Below, piece after piece: positions 1 through 8,483 of a stretch of DNA of 64,000 bases. The stretch comes from Acidobacteriota bacterium (GTDB lineage: Bacteria; Acidobacteriota; Terriglobia; Acidiferrales; UBA7541). Made by a program: the position numbers and the translations under genes. The notes below the pieces were generated by a model. It saw only the letters and a program-made list of their open reading frames with translations. It had not been told where the DNA came from and ran no database searches. Numbering within the stretch: the stretch's first letter is position 1; each line of letters opens with the position of its first letter. The DNA lies in contig QHYQ01000243.1 of NCBI GenBank assembly GCA_003224175.1, positions 8,835 through 72,834 of the forward strand, read 5' to 3'.

Positions 1-1245
1 TGCGTGCCCACTCGTATTGCCTGCCACGCATTCGTCCAGCAGCACGCGCCAGCGGCTCAGCCCCGCTCGTTTGAGAGCATATTCACTCGGTTGAGTGGCC
101 GAACCCCCTGGCGAATCAGAAATATCATCGACGAGGCGCATAAAGGCGTAGATGGCGCAAAGAGCATCGCGCTTCGGACGCGGCAGCATATAGAACGCAT
201 AGTAAAAATTGCTGGCAGCGTTTCGCGCCACGCTTCGACAACGCTCGTAAGAGCGGTCTATCGCGCGGCTATTCTTTTCGCGCACCCCAGTGCTGGCTGC
301 GCCGGTGTCGCTCATCACAGTCTCTAAACTTTTGCGCGCACCCCGTTCCGGAAGAATGCGGCTCGCCAGCGTACGGCCAAGGAGGACCAGGCGTTGGGGT
401 CCACTGATGGCGGGTCGTTTCACCAAGGTGTTGTAGCCCATCGACTCGATGGCGTCCAGAACCGCCATACCACCTCGGCTGAAGAGCTCGATGTCCACGC
501 TCAAACGCCAGTCCACACTGGCAGCCAGTGGCCATCCTTGGGCAAAAAGTTCCCGCGTGCGCGCAATTAACTCGCGCATCAGCGCCGCGTAGTGCTGGTC
601 AAAAACGCGACCTTCGATGTCTTTCACTTCCAGTCCGTGACGTTGTAGGGCGTCAACCGGAATATAGATCCGCCCTTTCTCCAAGTCTCGTGAGACATCC
701 TGCCAAAAATTGGCGAGCTGCAAGGCCGTGCACGTGGCATCGGAGAGCCGCTGCCGTTCTGCGTCGCGGTAACCGCATAAATAAAGCACCAACCTGCCGA
801 CCGGGTTTGCCGAATAACGGCAGTAGCTGAGCAGGCCCTCCCAGGTGTCGTAGTGATGTACGGTCTGGTCCTGCCGGAAGGCGGTCAGCAAATCGCGGAA
901 GGGTTGCGCAGGAATATCGAACTCACGAATTGTTTGCGCGAGCGCCACGAAAACGGGATGGCAGGGCTGGCCTTCATAGCAAAGCGTTAACTCGTTCCCC
1001 CACCAGTCGAGCAGTTCCAATGCATGCGCCGCGTCTCCCACTTCGTCCCCAAGATCGTCCGCCCAGCGGCAATAGGCGTAAACATTATAGAAATGCCGAC
1101 GCAGGTCCCTCGGCAACATCCAGGATACGACATGAAAATTTTCGTAATGGTGCGTCGCCAGCCAACGCGTGTAATGCTCCGCCTCCGCCACGGGGCAGCC
1201 TGGCGGCGGCAACGACGCAGCAATCTCGATTTCAGGTGAGCGCAT
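1..1245 (-). CDS. hpnC-hpnD: Squalene/phytoene synthase family protein with the 3' end beyond the left edge. An HpnC-like module (1245..316) runs in frame into an HpnD-like module (315..1).
   Basis: This ORF is not in the ORF track because it runs off the edge. Minus-strand ATG at 1245 gives MRSPEIEIAASLPPPGCPVAEAEHYTRWLATHHYENFHVVSWMLPRDLRRHFYNVYAYCRWADDLGDE...ALQLANFWQDVSRDLEKGRIYIP... It then continues ...KSLETVMSDTGAASTGVREKNSRAIDRSYERCRSVARNAASNFYYAFYMLPRPKRDALCAIYAFMRLVDDISD. I scanned every in-register triplet from 1 to 1245 and found no stop. Confidence 0.8.
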   Translation of the reverse strand, partial: MRSPEIEIAASLPPPGCPVAEAEHYTRWLATHHYENFHVVSWMLPRDLRRHFYNVYAYCRWADDLGDEVGDAAHALELLDWWGNELTLCYEGQPCHPVFVALAQTIREFDIPAQPFRDLLTAFRQDQTVHHYDTWEGLLSYCRYSANPVGRLVLYLCGYRDAERQRLSDATCTALQLANFWQDVSRDLEKGRIYIPVDALQRHGLEVKDIEGRVFDQHYAALMRELIARTRELFAQGWPLAASVDWRLSVDIELFSRGGMAVLDAIESMGYNTLVKRPAISGPQRLVLLGRTLASRILPERGARKSLETVMSDTGAASTGVREKNSRAIDRSYERCRSVARNAASNFYYAFYMLPRPKRDALCAIYAFMRLVDDISDSPGGSATQPSEYALKRAGLSRWRVLLDECVAGNTSGHA

Positions 1246-1280
1246 GGACTCGATGAATGCGCAGCGGCGTGCGTGCCCGC

Positions 1281-2366
1281 CTAGGGGATCACCGCGACTT
1301 TCATTTCGCCATTTCGATGCTTCATGTGTCGGAACATCGAAGGAAGTTCGCACAACGGCATTTCCGCATTGACGAAATCCCGGGCGCGAATTTCGCCGCG
1401 GGCGATGGCCTCCATCGCCTCCCGAATAAAACGTGGGGTGTGATGAAATGTAGACTTGATGGTGATCTCAGAATAGTGCAGTGCCGTAGGATCGAGCTCG
1501 ACCCGGGTGCCCTGCGGGCAGCCCCCGAAGAGATTCACTGTCCCGCCGCAACGGACCATCCGTATGGCCCAGTCCCAGGTACGCGGCGAGCCTACCGCCT
1601 CAATGACCGAATCAGCGCCCCGGCTGCCTTCTGTGAGACGGCGCACCGCGCTGATGGGATCAGAAAGGGTGCTGACATCAAAGGCAGCCCGCGCTCCCAT
1701 GCGCTCGGCCGCCTTCACCTGCCCAGGCCGCTTGCCCAGTGCAATGACGTTTACGCTACGGCACGAAAGCATACGGATAAATTTCAAACCGATCGGCCCG
1801 CAACCAATCAACACCGTGGTCTCGCCGGGCTGCACCCCGGTTTCGTGAATCCCCCGCAGGACGCACGCGAGCGGCTCCGCCATTGCGGCATCCATGAAGG
1901 ATACGTTTGACGGAATCTCCAGCATATTCTTCCGCACAATGCGGCCGGGGATGCGGATGTATTCAGCGTAGGCGCCGTTATTGAAGAGCAAATCCTCGCA
2001 AAGATTGCTGCGTTCATTGCGGCAAAAAAAACATGCTCCGCAAGGGGCAGAGTTTGCCGGCACCACACGTGTGCCTACAGCCAAATTCTCGGCAATCTCC
2101 GGGCCAACCTGCTCGACGACCCCGGCGAGTTCGTGCCCGAAGACCGCCGGCGGCGTGATCATCCGCGCATGATAACCGCGTTTCCAGACCTTGAGATCGG
2201 TGCCGCATGTGAGCGCGACCTTCACCCGCACCAGCGCTTCGTCGGGCGACAGAGCCGGGATATCGATCTTCTCGATTTTCAGATCTTCGCTGCCGTAGAG
2301 CACGGCGGCGGTCATATGCCCGCTTGCTTTGGTTTCCGTCAACGGCTGTGTCAGAGTTTCCATCAA
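1281..2366 (-). CDS. Zn-dependent alcohol dehydrogenase, MDR superfamily (sorbitol/threonine dehydrogenase-like)
   Basis: 361 aa. Catalytic-zinc motifs LTCGTD and FGHELAG are present, with the structural-zinc motif CGACFFCRNERSNLC and a GCGPIG nucleotide fold. It sits 35 nt upstream of hpnC on the same strand. Confidence 0.9.
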   Translation of the reverse strand: MMETLTQPLTETKASGHMTAAVLYGSEDLKIEKIDIPALSPDEALVRVKVALTCGTDLKVWKRGYHARMITPPAVFGHELAGVVEQVGPEIAENLAVGTRVVPANSAPCGACFFCRNERSNLCEDLLFNNGAYAEYIRIPGRIVRKNMLEIPSNVSFMDAAMAEPLACVLRGIHETGVQPGETTVLIGCGPIGLKFIRMLSCRSVNVIALGKRPGQVKAAERMGARAAFDVSTLSDPISAVRRLTEGSRGADSVIEAVGSPRTWDWAIRMVRCGGTVNLFGGCPQGTRVELDPTALHYSEITIKSTFHHTPRFIREAMEAIARGEIRARDFVNAEMPLCELPSMFRHMKHRNGEMKVAVIP

Positions 2367-2420
2367 TTCGAATTCCGCTCAGCAGATGTGATTAAGGCCA
2401 GTAAACCCGTGAAGGCCATA

Positions 2421-3521
2421 TCAAGGAATGACCAGAATTTTTAAAGAGTTGTTCGGCCGTGCAGCAAGCGACAATGCCGCGCCGAATTCCTCTAGAGAAA
2501 AACGATGTGTGATGAGCGCTGATACGGGCAGCACCCGCGAAAAGACCAGGTTCGCCGATTCCTCCTGGCGATCCACAGCGGCGCTGTAACTCCCGAGGAT
2601 CTCCTTCTCCGCCACTCCTATATCGGCGGCGGGAAATTCGACCTTCATGTGCGGATCATTCTGGGCAAAGAGAAGCACACGGCCGCCAGGCCGCGCGGCG
2701 GCGAGCGCCTCGGACACCGCTGACGGCAAGGGAACCGCGACCAGCACCGCGTCTGCTCCACGGCCGGCCGTACGTTTCCGGACTTCCTCCGCAAGCGAAC
2801 AAGCCAGAGGATCAAATGTTGCCTCCGCACCCAAGCGCTCGCTGGCGGCCCGCCGCTCCGGCATCGGGTCGGTGGTAAACACACGAGCGCCGGCCCGCCG
2901 TGCGAGCAACATCAGCAGCAGGCCGATGGGTCCCTGGCCGATAACCACTACAGCCTCACCGGCCTCCACGTGCGCCTTCTCCACTGCTTTCAGACAGGTG
3001 TTCACGGGCTCCACGAATGTTGCTTCTTCGAAGCTTATGCCCGGCGGAATTTCCACCATTCCTCGCTCGACGATACACGGCATTGCCCGCACGTATTCCG
3101 CAAAGCCTCCCCCATTGGGCTCGAAACCTGCTGTGAGTCCCACTGTCTTGTAAGCCAGGCATTGTGAGAAAAGCCGCCGGTCACAATAGAAGCAAGCACC
3201 GCAAGGCACGTGATGAAAACTGACGACGCGGTCACCTTCCTTCCAACGGCGAACCCCGCGGCCAACGGCGGCGATAGTGCCGGCGACCTCGTGTCCGAAT
3301 ATCTGTGGAGGAGCAATGAAGCCATGCTGTATTTTTTTCAGATCTGTCCCGCAGATGCCGCAGGCGGCCACCCGAATCAGGACTTCGCCCTCGGCGATTG
3401 CTGGAACAGGAACATACTCGGTCGCCACGCGCCCCGGGCCGCGATACACTCCCGCACGCATCTTCTCGGGTAGCGTAGCGCGGTGTTCGGCGTCTGCGAT
3501 GAGATTGGGCGCGATGGTCAT
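2421..3521 (-). CDS. Zn-dependent alcohol dehydrogenase, MDR superfamily; paralogue of the preceding gene
   Basis: Motifs ACGICGTD, FGHEVAG, CGACFYCDRRLFSQC and GQGPIG are present. I prefer the ATG at 3521 (MTIAPNLIAD...), which overlaps the hpnG stop as ATGA. The 398-aa track ORF starting at 3617 would overlap hpnG by 100 nt. Confidence 0.88.
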   Translation of the reverse strand: MTIAPNLIADAEHRATLPEKMRAGVYRGPGRVATEYVPVPAIAEGEVLIRVAACGICGTDLKKIQHGFIAPPQIFGHEVAGTIAAVGRGVRRWKEGDRVVSFHHVPCGACFYCDRRLFSQCLAYKTVGLTAGFEPNGGGFAEYVRAMPCIVERGMVEIPPGISFEEATFVEPVNTCLKAVEKAHVEAGEAVVVIGQGPIGLLLMLLARRAGARVFTTDPMPERRAASERLGAEATFDPLACSLAEEVRKRTAGRGADAVLVAVPLPSAVSEALAAARPGGRVLLFAQNDPHMKVEFPAADIGVAEKEILGSYSAAVDRQEESANLVFSRVLPVSALITHRFSLEEFGAALSLAARPNNSLKILVIP

Positions 3522-4273
3522 GTCGCAGCCACCATCTCCGATTGCGAAAGGTCGAGGCGGGCGCTGAGCAGCTGGAGATAACGATCCAGAAAATCGGCCA
3601 GTTCCCGGGCCGCGCACCTGCAGTCGCGGGCGAAGCGCAACAGCGCGGGCAGGTGCTGCGGCTGACGGATCATTTGGCTCACTAAAGCACTCATCCTGAT
3701 TTGCCCGCGTGCATCGCGGGCTTGATCGAAATCATAAGGCAAGGAGCATGAGGCCCTGTCACTCACGGAACGAATCACTGCGGCGCGCACGCCATGGCGA
3801 GCCGCTTCCGCCAGGATCACGAAGCTCTCCATCTCCACAGCATCTGCTTCACCGGCCAACGCCATCTTCTGGGCGGCATCCGCAATCAGATGCTCCGAGG
3901 TAAGAAATCGATCGACCTGTCGCGCTCCCGCATCTTGGGCGACCGCAAGAAGCTGATGATCACTCGCCACAGCGAGTTCCCGTTCCGCCTGCAGCACGAC
4001 GCGCCCTGCGAGAACCGCGCCCACGCCCAATTCCGCGTTCAACGCGCCCGCAAACCCGCTCGAAATGCAGATATCAGCCGGTGACTCGAGTGCCCAGCGC
4101 GTCGCTTCTGTCGCGGCGGTCGTGCCCATGCCGGTCAGCAGCGCCCGGACTGTGTTGCCGGCGATCTCCGAGAGATACAGCGCGAATGGTTCGTGCGCGA
4201 CCTGCCGGAAATCATGCTGCCGGCGCCAGGCTGCGAATTCGCTTGCTACCGCGAACGTTACCAGGATCTTCAT
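3518..4273 (-). CDS. hpnG: Hopanoid-associated phosphorylase/nucleosidase (PNP/UDP family)
   Basis: 251 aa, starting MKILVTFAVASEFAAWRR..., with a nucleosidase-like fold signature. It lies between hpnA and the dehydrogenases in the hopanoid operon. Confidence 0.7.
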   Translation of the reverse strand: MKILVTFAVASEFAAWRRQHDFRQVAHEPFALYLSEIAGNTVRALLTGMGTTAATEATRWALESPADICISSGFAGALNAELGVGAVLAGRVVLQAERELAVASDHQLLAVAQDAGARQVDRFLTSEHLIADAAQKMALAGEADAVEMESFVILAEAARHGVRAAVIRSVSDRASCSLPYDFDQARDARGQIRMSALVSQMIRQPQHLPALLRFARDCRCAARELADFLDRYLQLLSARLDLSQSEMVAAT

Positions 4274-4311
4274 CCTCGTACTGCAACTTCCCGGGCAGGC
4301 TTTAAGTTTCT

Positions 4312-5337
4312 TCAGGCCGCTCGTGCAGCCGCGATATGAGCGCGACGCGCGATTCGCACATACCCGTTCGATTCGTACCAGCGTACTGCCCGTTCGAACG
4401 CCGCGGTGACCGGACTGGGCAAAAATCCCAGCTCAGCCCGGGCTCTTTGCGTATTGACGAACATGCTGTGCCGCGCCATCTTCACGCCCTCGAGGGGAAT
4501 CCGCGGTTCGCTTCGGATCAGTCGCGATAGAGCTGCGTTCGCATAGCCCGCTGCCAGAGCCAAAACATGCGGAACCCGTATGCGCGGTGTGGGGCGTCCC
4601 GATACTTGGGAAAGAATCTCCAGGGCCTGCTTCAGTGTCAGGTTCTCGCCACCAAGAATGTAGCGTTCGCCTATGCGCCCGCGCCCGGCGGCCAGAAGGT
4701 GGCCCGCAGCGGCGTCTTCGACCGGCACAAAATTCAAACCCGTGTCCACGTAAGCAGGCATGCGACCATTCAAAAAATCAATGATGATCCGACCCGTCGG
4801 CGTCGGCTTGGCATCACCCGGTCCGACCGGCGTCGTGGGGTTCACGACAACCACCGGCAATCCTGCATCGGCCGCTTTCCACGCCTCCTGCTCGGCGAGC
4901 CACTTCGAACGCTTATACGCGCCGACCATCTCATCAAGCGAAGTAACGAGACTCTCATCAGGCAGCACGCCGTCGCGCGGAACCGCCACGGTACCCACCG
5001 TGCTCGTATAAACGAATTTTTCTACCTTGGCACGCCGTGCGGCCTCGAGTAAGTTCCGCGTGCCCTGGACATTTGATTCATAAATCTCACGCGGGTCGCG
5101 CGCCCACAAACGGTAATCGGCGGCCAAATGATAAACGATGCGCACACCAGCCACGGCCTTGTCTAACGAGGCCGGATCGCGCAGATCGCCCGAGACGCGC
5201 TCGACGGCCAACCCTTCGAGCAGTCTCGTCGGGCTTGTCGGCCGGAGTAGCACGCGGATCCGCTCTCCACGTTCCGCGAGCAGCCGCACGACGTGGTTAC
5301 CCAGAAAACCACTCGCGCCTGTGACTAAAGTCGTCAT
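4312..5337 (-). CDS. hpnA: Hopanoid-associated NAD-dependent sugar epimerase/dehydratase family protein
   Basis: 341 aa, starting MTTLVTGASGFLGNHVVRLL (Rossmann GxxGxxG) with a YKRSK active-site motif. Its start overlaps the hpnH stop as ATGA at 5334-5337. Confidence 0.75.
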   Translation of the reverse strand: MTTLVTGASGFLGNHVVRLLAERGERIRVLLRPTSPTRLLEGLAVERVSGDLRDPASLDKAVAGVRIVYHLAADYRLWARDPREIYESNVQGTRNLLEAARRAKVEKFVYTSTVGTVAVPRDGVLPDESLVTSLDEMVGAYKRSKWLAEQEAWKAADAGLPVVVVNPTTPVGPGDAKPTPTGRIIIDFLNGRMPAYVDTGLNFVPVEDAAAGHLLAAGRGRIGERYILGGENLTLKQALEILSQVSGRPTPRIRVPHVLALAAGYANAALSRLIRSEPRIPLEGVKMARHSMFVNTQRARAELGFLPSPVTAAFERAVRWYESNGYVRIARRAHIAAARAA

Positions 5338-6208
5338 AGGACCCGCAGTCTTCCATCAGAAGAGACCAGATCCTGCGGCGGAGGCATCGCCGCTCCGTCT
5401 CCATGGCCGAGGCCGTCGCCGCTCGTGCCATTCGCATTTTTTCGATTCCCGCCCATACGGCCGGAAAATTGCCACTTCAGCATCTTCCAGGTGTCGCCGA
5501 GTTGGCGCTTTGCGCCCAGGATGGGCGACGGTTCAAAGCCAACGTGCATCATGCAATCCGCGCAGCGCGGATCATTTCCCGGGCCGTACTTCTCCCAGGG
5601 CGTCTTTTCAATCAGTTCCCGGTACGAGCGGTAGTGATCATCGGTAATCAGGTAGCACGGTCCCTTCCAGCCGCGCGGGTTGAAGGTGGGCGTGCCCCAG
5701 GCAGTACAGTCCAGTTCCCGCTCACCGCGCAGGAAGTCAAGATAGATCGGCGAAACCATGAGGTTATATTTGTCCAGCAGCGCCAGCGCCTTGCGAAACT
5801 TGTCGCGCACATCTTCAGATGTACGTTCCAGAAAAAACTCGTCGTTGGCCGGAACTCATGCAGGCGTTTGCGGATGAACATTCCATTGGTACAAAGAATG
5901 ATGTGTCTTCCCCGCGCCAGAATCTCGCTGTTCAGCCGGCCGATTTCCGGGTAAATCATTGGTTCGCCGCCGCAAATCGAAACGACCGGCGCACCGCAAT
6001 CGTCCACCGCGGCGAGGCATTGTTCAACGCTCAGTGACTCGTTGATCGTCGACTTGTACTCCCGGATGCGACCGCAACCCGTGCAAGTCAGATTGCACGC
6101 GTGCAGCGGCTCAAGCATCAGCACCATGGGAAATTTCGCGGTTCCGCGCAGACGCTTGCTTGCAATGTATCGCGCCAGATTCGCGGTCATCTTCAACGGG
6201 TATCTCAT
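5334..6208 (-). pseudogene. hpnH: Radical SAM adenosylhopane synthase HpnH, disrupted: two fragments in different frames and the central part apparently missing
   Basis: Fragment 6208..5648 reads KFPMVLMLEPLHACNLTCTGCGRI...SICGGEPM...ILCTNGMFIRKRLHEFRPTTSFFWNVHL and then becomes R/W/C-rich out-of-frame sequence. Fragment 5810..5334 reads VRDKFRKALALLDKYNLMVSPIYLDFLRGERELDCTAWGTPTFNPRGWKGPCYLITDD...RCADCMMHVGFEP, which matches the C-terminal HpnH domain. The frames switch between 5810 and 5858. An A6 run lies at 5832-5837. Confidence 0.65.
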
Positions 6209-8229
6209 CCATTCCCTCGCATGGCGCCGCGGAGATGTTCTCTCTCCGGGCGAATCTCGAAAGCATGAAACTCCTTCACATCCTCCAGCAAGTTGCGGTA
6301 TCGCGAGAGCGCATACAACGGGAAATAGTTCCGATAAAGGTGATACTTCAAATAAAAGACTCCGGGAAAGCCGGTTCCCGTAAACTGCTGTTCATTCCAG
6401 GAACCATCGGCGTTCTGCTGTTCGAGCAGATGCCGCACAGCCTGCGTCACCGCCGGATCGTCCCGGTCGGCTCCGGCCAAGAGGCCAATCAACCCCCAGG
6501 CAGTTTGCGATGGTGTACTGGCGCCACGGCCTTTCAATTTTGGATCGTAATAAGAAGCGATCGATTCCCCAAAACCACCATCGTCATTCTGCACCGCGCG
6601 AAGCCATGCCACGGCACGCAGGCAATAATCTCGCGCACTTTGGGCAATCGCTTCGAACGCGCGCAAAACACCGCTCGTGCCGTAGACGTAGTTCACGCCC
6701 CAGCGTCCGTACCACGGGCCATCCGGGCACTGCTCTCTTATTAGATAAGTTACCCCCCGTTTCACCACCGGGTGAGTTGCGGACCAGCCGTTCCTTCCGA
6801 GACATTCGAGTACCCGTGCCGTCACGTCTGCAGACGACGGATCAATCATGGCTTTGTGATCCGCAAACGGAATTTCTGTGAGCAGCCCGCGATCGTTATT
6901 GTGATCAAAAGCGCCCCAGCCGCCATCGCGGTTTTGCATGGAGAGTAGCCAATCCACGCCGCGACGAGCCGCTGCGGCAAGGCGCTGCCGGTCCGGATAG
7001 TCGACACGTTGCAGGGCCATCATTACAAAGGCGGTGTCGTCCACGTCCGGGTAGAAGTCGTTGCGGAACTCAAAAACCCATCCGCCTGGCCGCCCCTTGC
7101 GATTCTTCATTTGCCAGTCGCCCGAACCGAGAACCTGATTCTTGAGCAGCCATTCGGCAGCGCGTATCAGTGCAGGATGGTCAGCCGCCAGCCCGGCCTC
7201 TTCCAAAGCGACCAGGGCAATCGCCGTGTCCCAGACCGGCGAGATACAGGGCTGCAAGCGCAGGGTTTCTCCCTCTTCGATTTCATACCGAGCGAGTTGG
7301 CCAATTTCCCTGGCGGTCAAGGGATCGTCGGGAGAATACCCCAGCGCTACCAGCGCAAAGACGGCGTTCATCATCGCGGGATAGATGGCCCCCAATCCAT
7401 CGCTGCGCTCGAGATGCTCAAGCAGCCAGCGTTGTGCCTGCCGCAACGCGCGTTGTCGCAGCGGCTTCCAAGGCACGCGCTCGTAAAGTTTCAAAGCACG
7501 ATCAAGCGCCAGGAAGAAATTTCGCCAGGAAAAAAAATGATCGCCCCAGGCAAATGCAGCAGCCCGAACCCTGGAGTCGCGGAAGAGTTCGTCGACGCGC
7601 ACGGGCTCGCGCAATTTCCAGTCGGGCTTGTGAGCATAAAGAATGGCCAGGGGGATAACAATTCCGCGCGTCCACGAAGACATTTCGTAGATATTGATCG
7701 CAAACCACGATGGAAGCAGCATCAGCTCTGGAGGAATCGCGGGCACCATTTCCCAAACGACCGCGCCAACCAGAGCAAGATAAAAGCGCGTGTAAGAGTT
7801 CGTCGATTCCAGGCCGCCGAGCTGCAGCACACGCGCACGAGCACGTTCCATGTGCGCTTGATCGGGACGGTCTCCGGCAAGCTTCAGAGCAAAGTAAGCT
7901 TTGACCGTAGCATTGAGCTCGGATGGACCGCCGAAGTAAATGTTCCATCCACCGTCAGGCAATTGACGTTGGCGGATGTAATTGGCGAGCTTGCTTATGC
8001 GCTGGGGATCGGCTTTATCGAGGATATGCAAATAGAAGATGTAATCTGATTCAAGAGTCGTATCCGCCTCGAGCTCTCCCTGCCAGTAACCATCGGAGGC
8101 TTGCAGGGAAAGCAGATGTTTCACCCCCCGCCCGATAGCTTCAGTCAGTTCATTCGTGAAAGCGCCAGTCGCAGTAATCTGCGGCTGGCCTGTGACAGCC
8201 TCAACGCCGAATCTGGTGCTGGACGCCAT
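6205..8229 (-). CDS. shc: Squalene-hopene cyclase
   Basis: 674 aa. QW-type repeats are present (DGYWQGELE, PDGGWNIYFG, QNRDGGWGAF, QNDDGGFGES, NADGSWNEQ) together with the catalytic DVDDTA motif (YPDVDDTAFVMMAL). The stop overlaps the hpnH start as ATGA. Confidence 0.97.
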   Translation of the reverse strand: MASSTRFGVEAVTGQPQITATGAFTNELTEAIGRGVKHLLSLQASDGYWQGELEADTTLESDYIFYLHILDKADPQRISKLANYIRQRQLPDGGWNIYFGGPSELNATVKAYFALKLAGDRPDQAHMERARARVLQLGGLESTNSYTRFYLALVGAVVWEMVPAIPPELMLLPSWFAINIYEMSSWTRGIVIPLAILYAHKPDWKLREPVRVDELFRDSRVRAAAFAWGDHFFSWRNFFLALDRALKLYERVPWKPLRQRALRQAQRWLLEHLERSDGLGAIYPAMMNAVFALVALGYSPDDPLTAREIGQLARYEIEEGETLRLQPCISPVWDTAIALVALEEAGLAADHPALIRAAEWLLKNQVLGSGDWQMKNRKGRPGGWVFEFRNDFYPDVDDTAFVMMALQRVDYPDRQRLAAAARRGVDWLLSMQNRDGGWGAFDHNNDRGLLTEIPFADHKAMIDPSSADVTARVLECLGRNGWSATHPVVKRGVTYLIREQCPDGPWYGRWGVNYVYGTSGVLRAFEAIAQSARDYCLRAVAWLRAVQNDDGGFGESIASYYDPKLKGRGASTPSQTAWGLIGLLAGADRDDPAVTQAVRHLLEQQNADGSWNEQQFTGTGFPGVFYLKYHLYRNYFPLYALSRYRNLLEDVKEFHAFEIRPEREHLRGAMRGNG

Positions 8230-8399
8230 TTCCCCTCAGATGCACGCATCAACCAAATGGCTGCAGCAAGAACTACTTAGCGGCTTTGACACCCATGGTC
8301 GAGCTTATTATCTTTCGGATACGGTTGGGCACTTGTTACGGATGGCAAGCGACCATCCCTTCCGTCCCCCTGACCTGACCACCCCTCGCTACAAAACAC

Positions 8400-8429
8400 A
8401 TTATCAGGCACTATTGAGTTGCCGGTCAA
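8400..8429 (-). promoter_or_regulatory. Candidate sigma70-type promoter for the hopanoid operon
   Basis: The minus strand reads TTGACC (8429..8424), an 18-nt spacer, then GATAAT (8405..8400), about 170 nt upstream of the shc ATG. This is a sequence match only. Confidence 0.3.
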
Positions 8430-8483
8430 CAATGAAGATACATAGCCTGAATCGCCCACAATGAGTTATCGAAAAGAGAAACA

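Noticed and set aside
7009-8049. 346-aa plus-strand ORF, and several others inside shc
   Set aside because: They are antisense to the squalene-hopene cyclase gene and contain no recognisable motifs.
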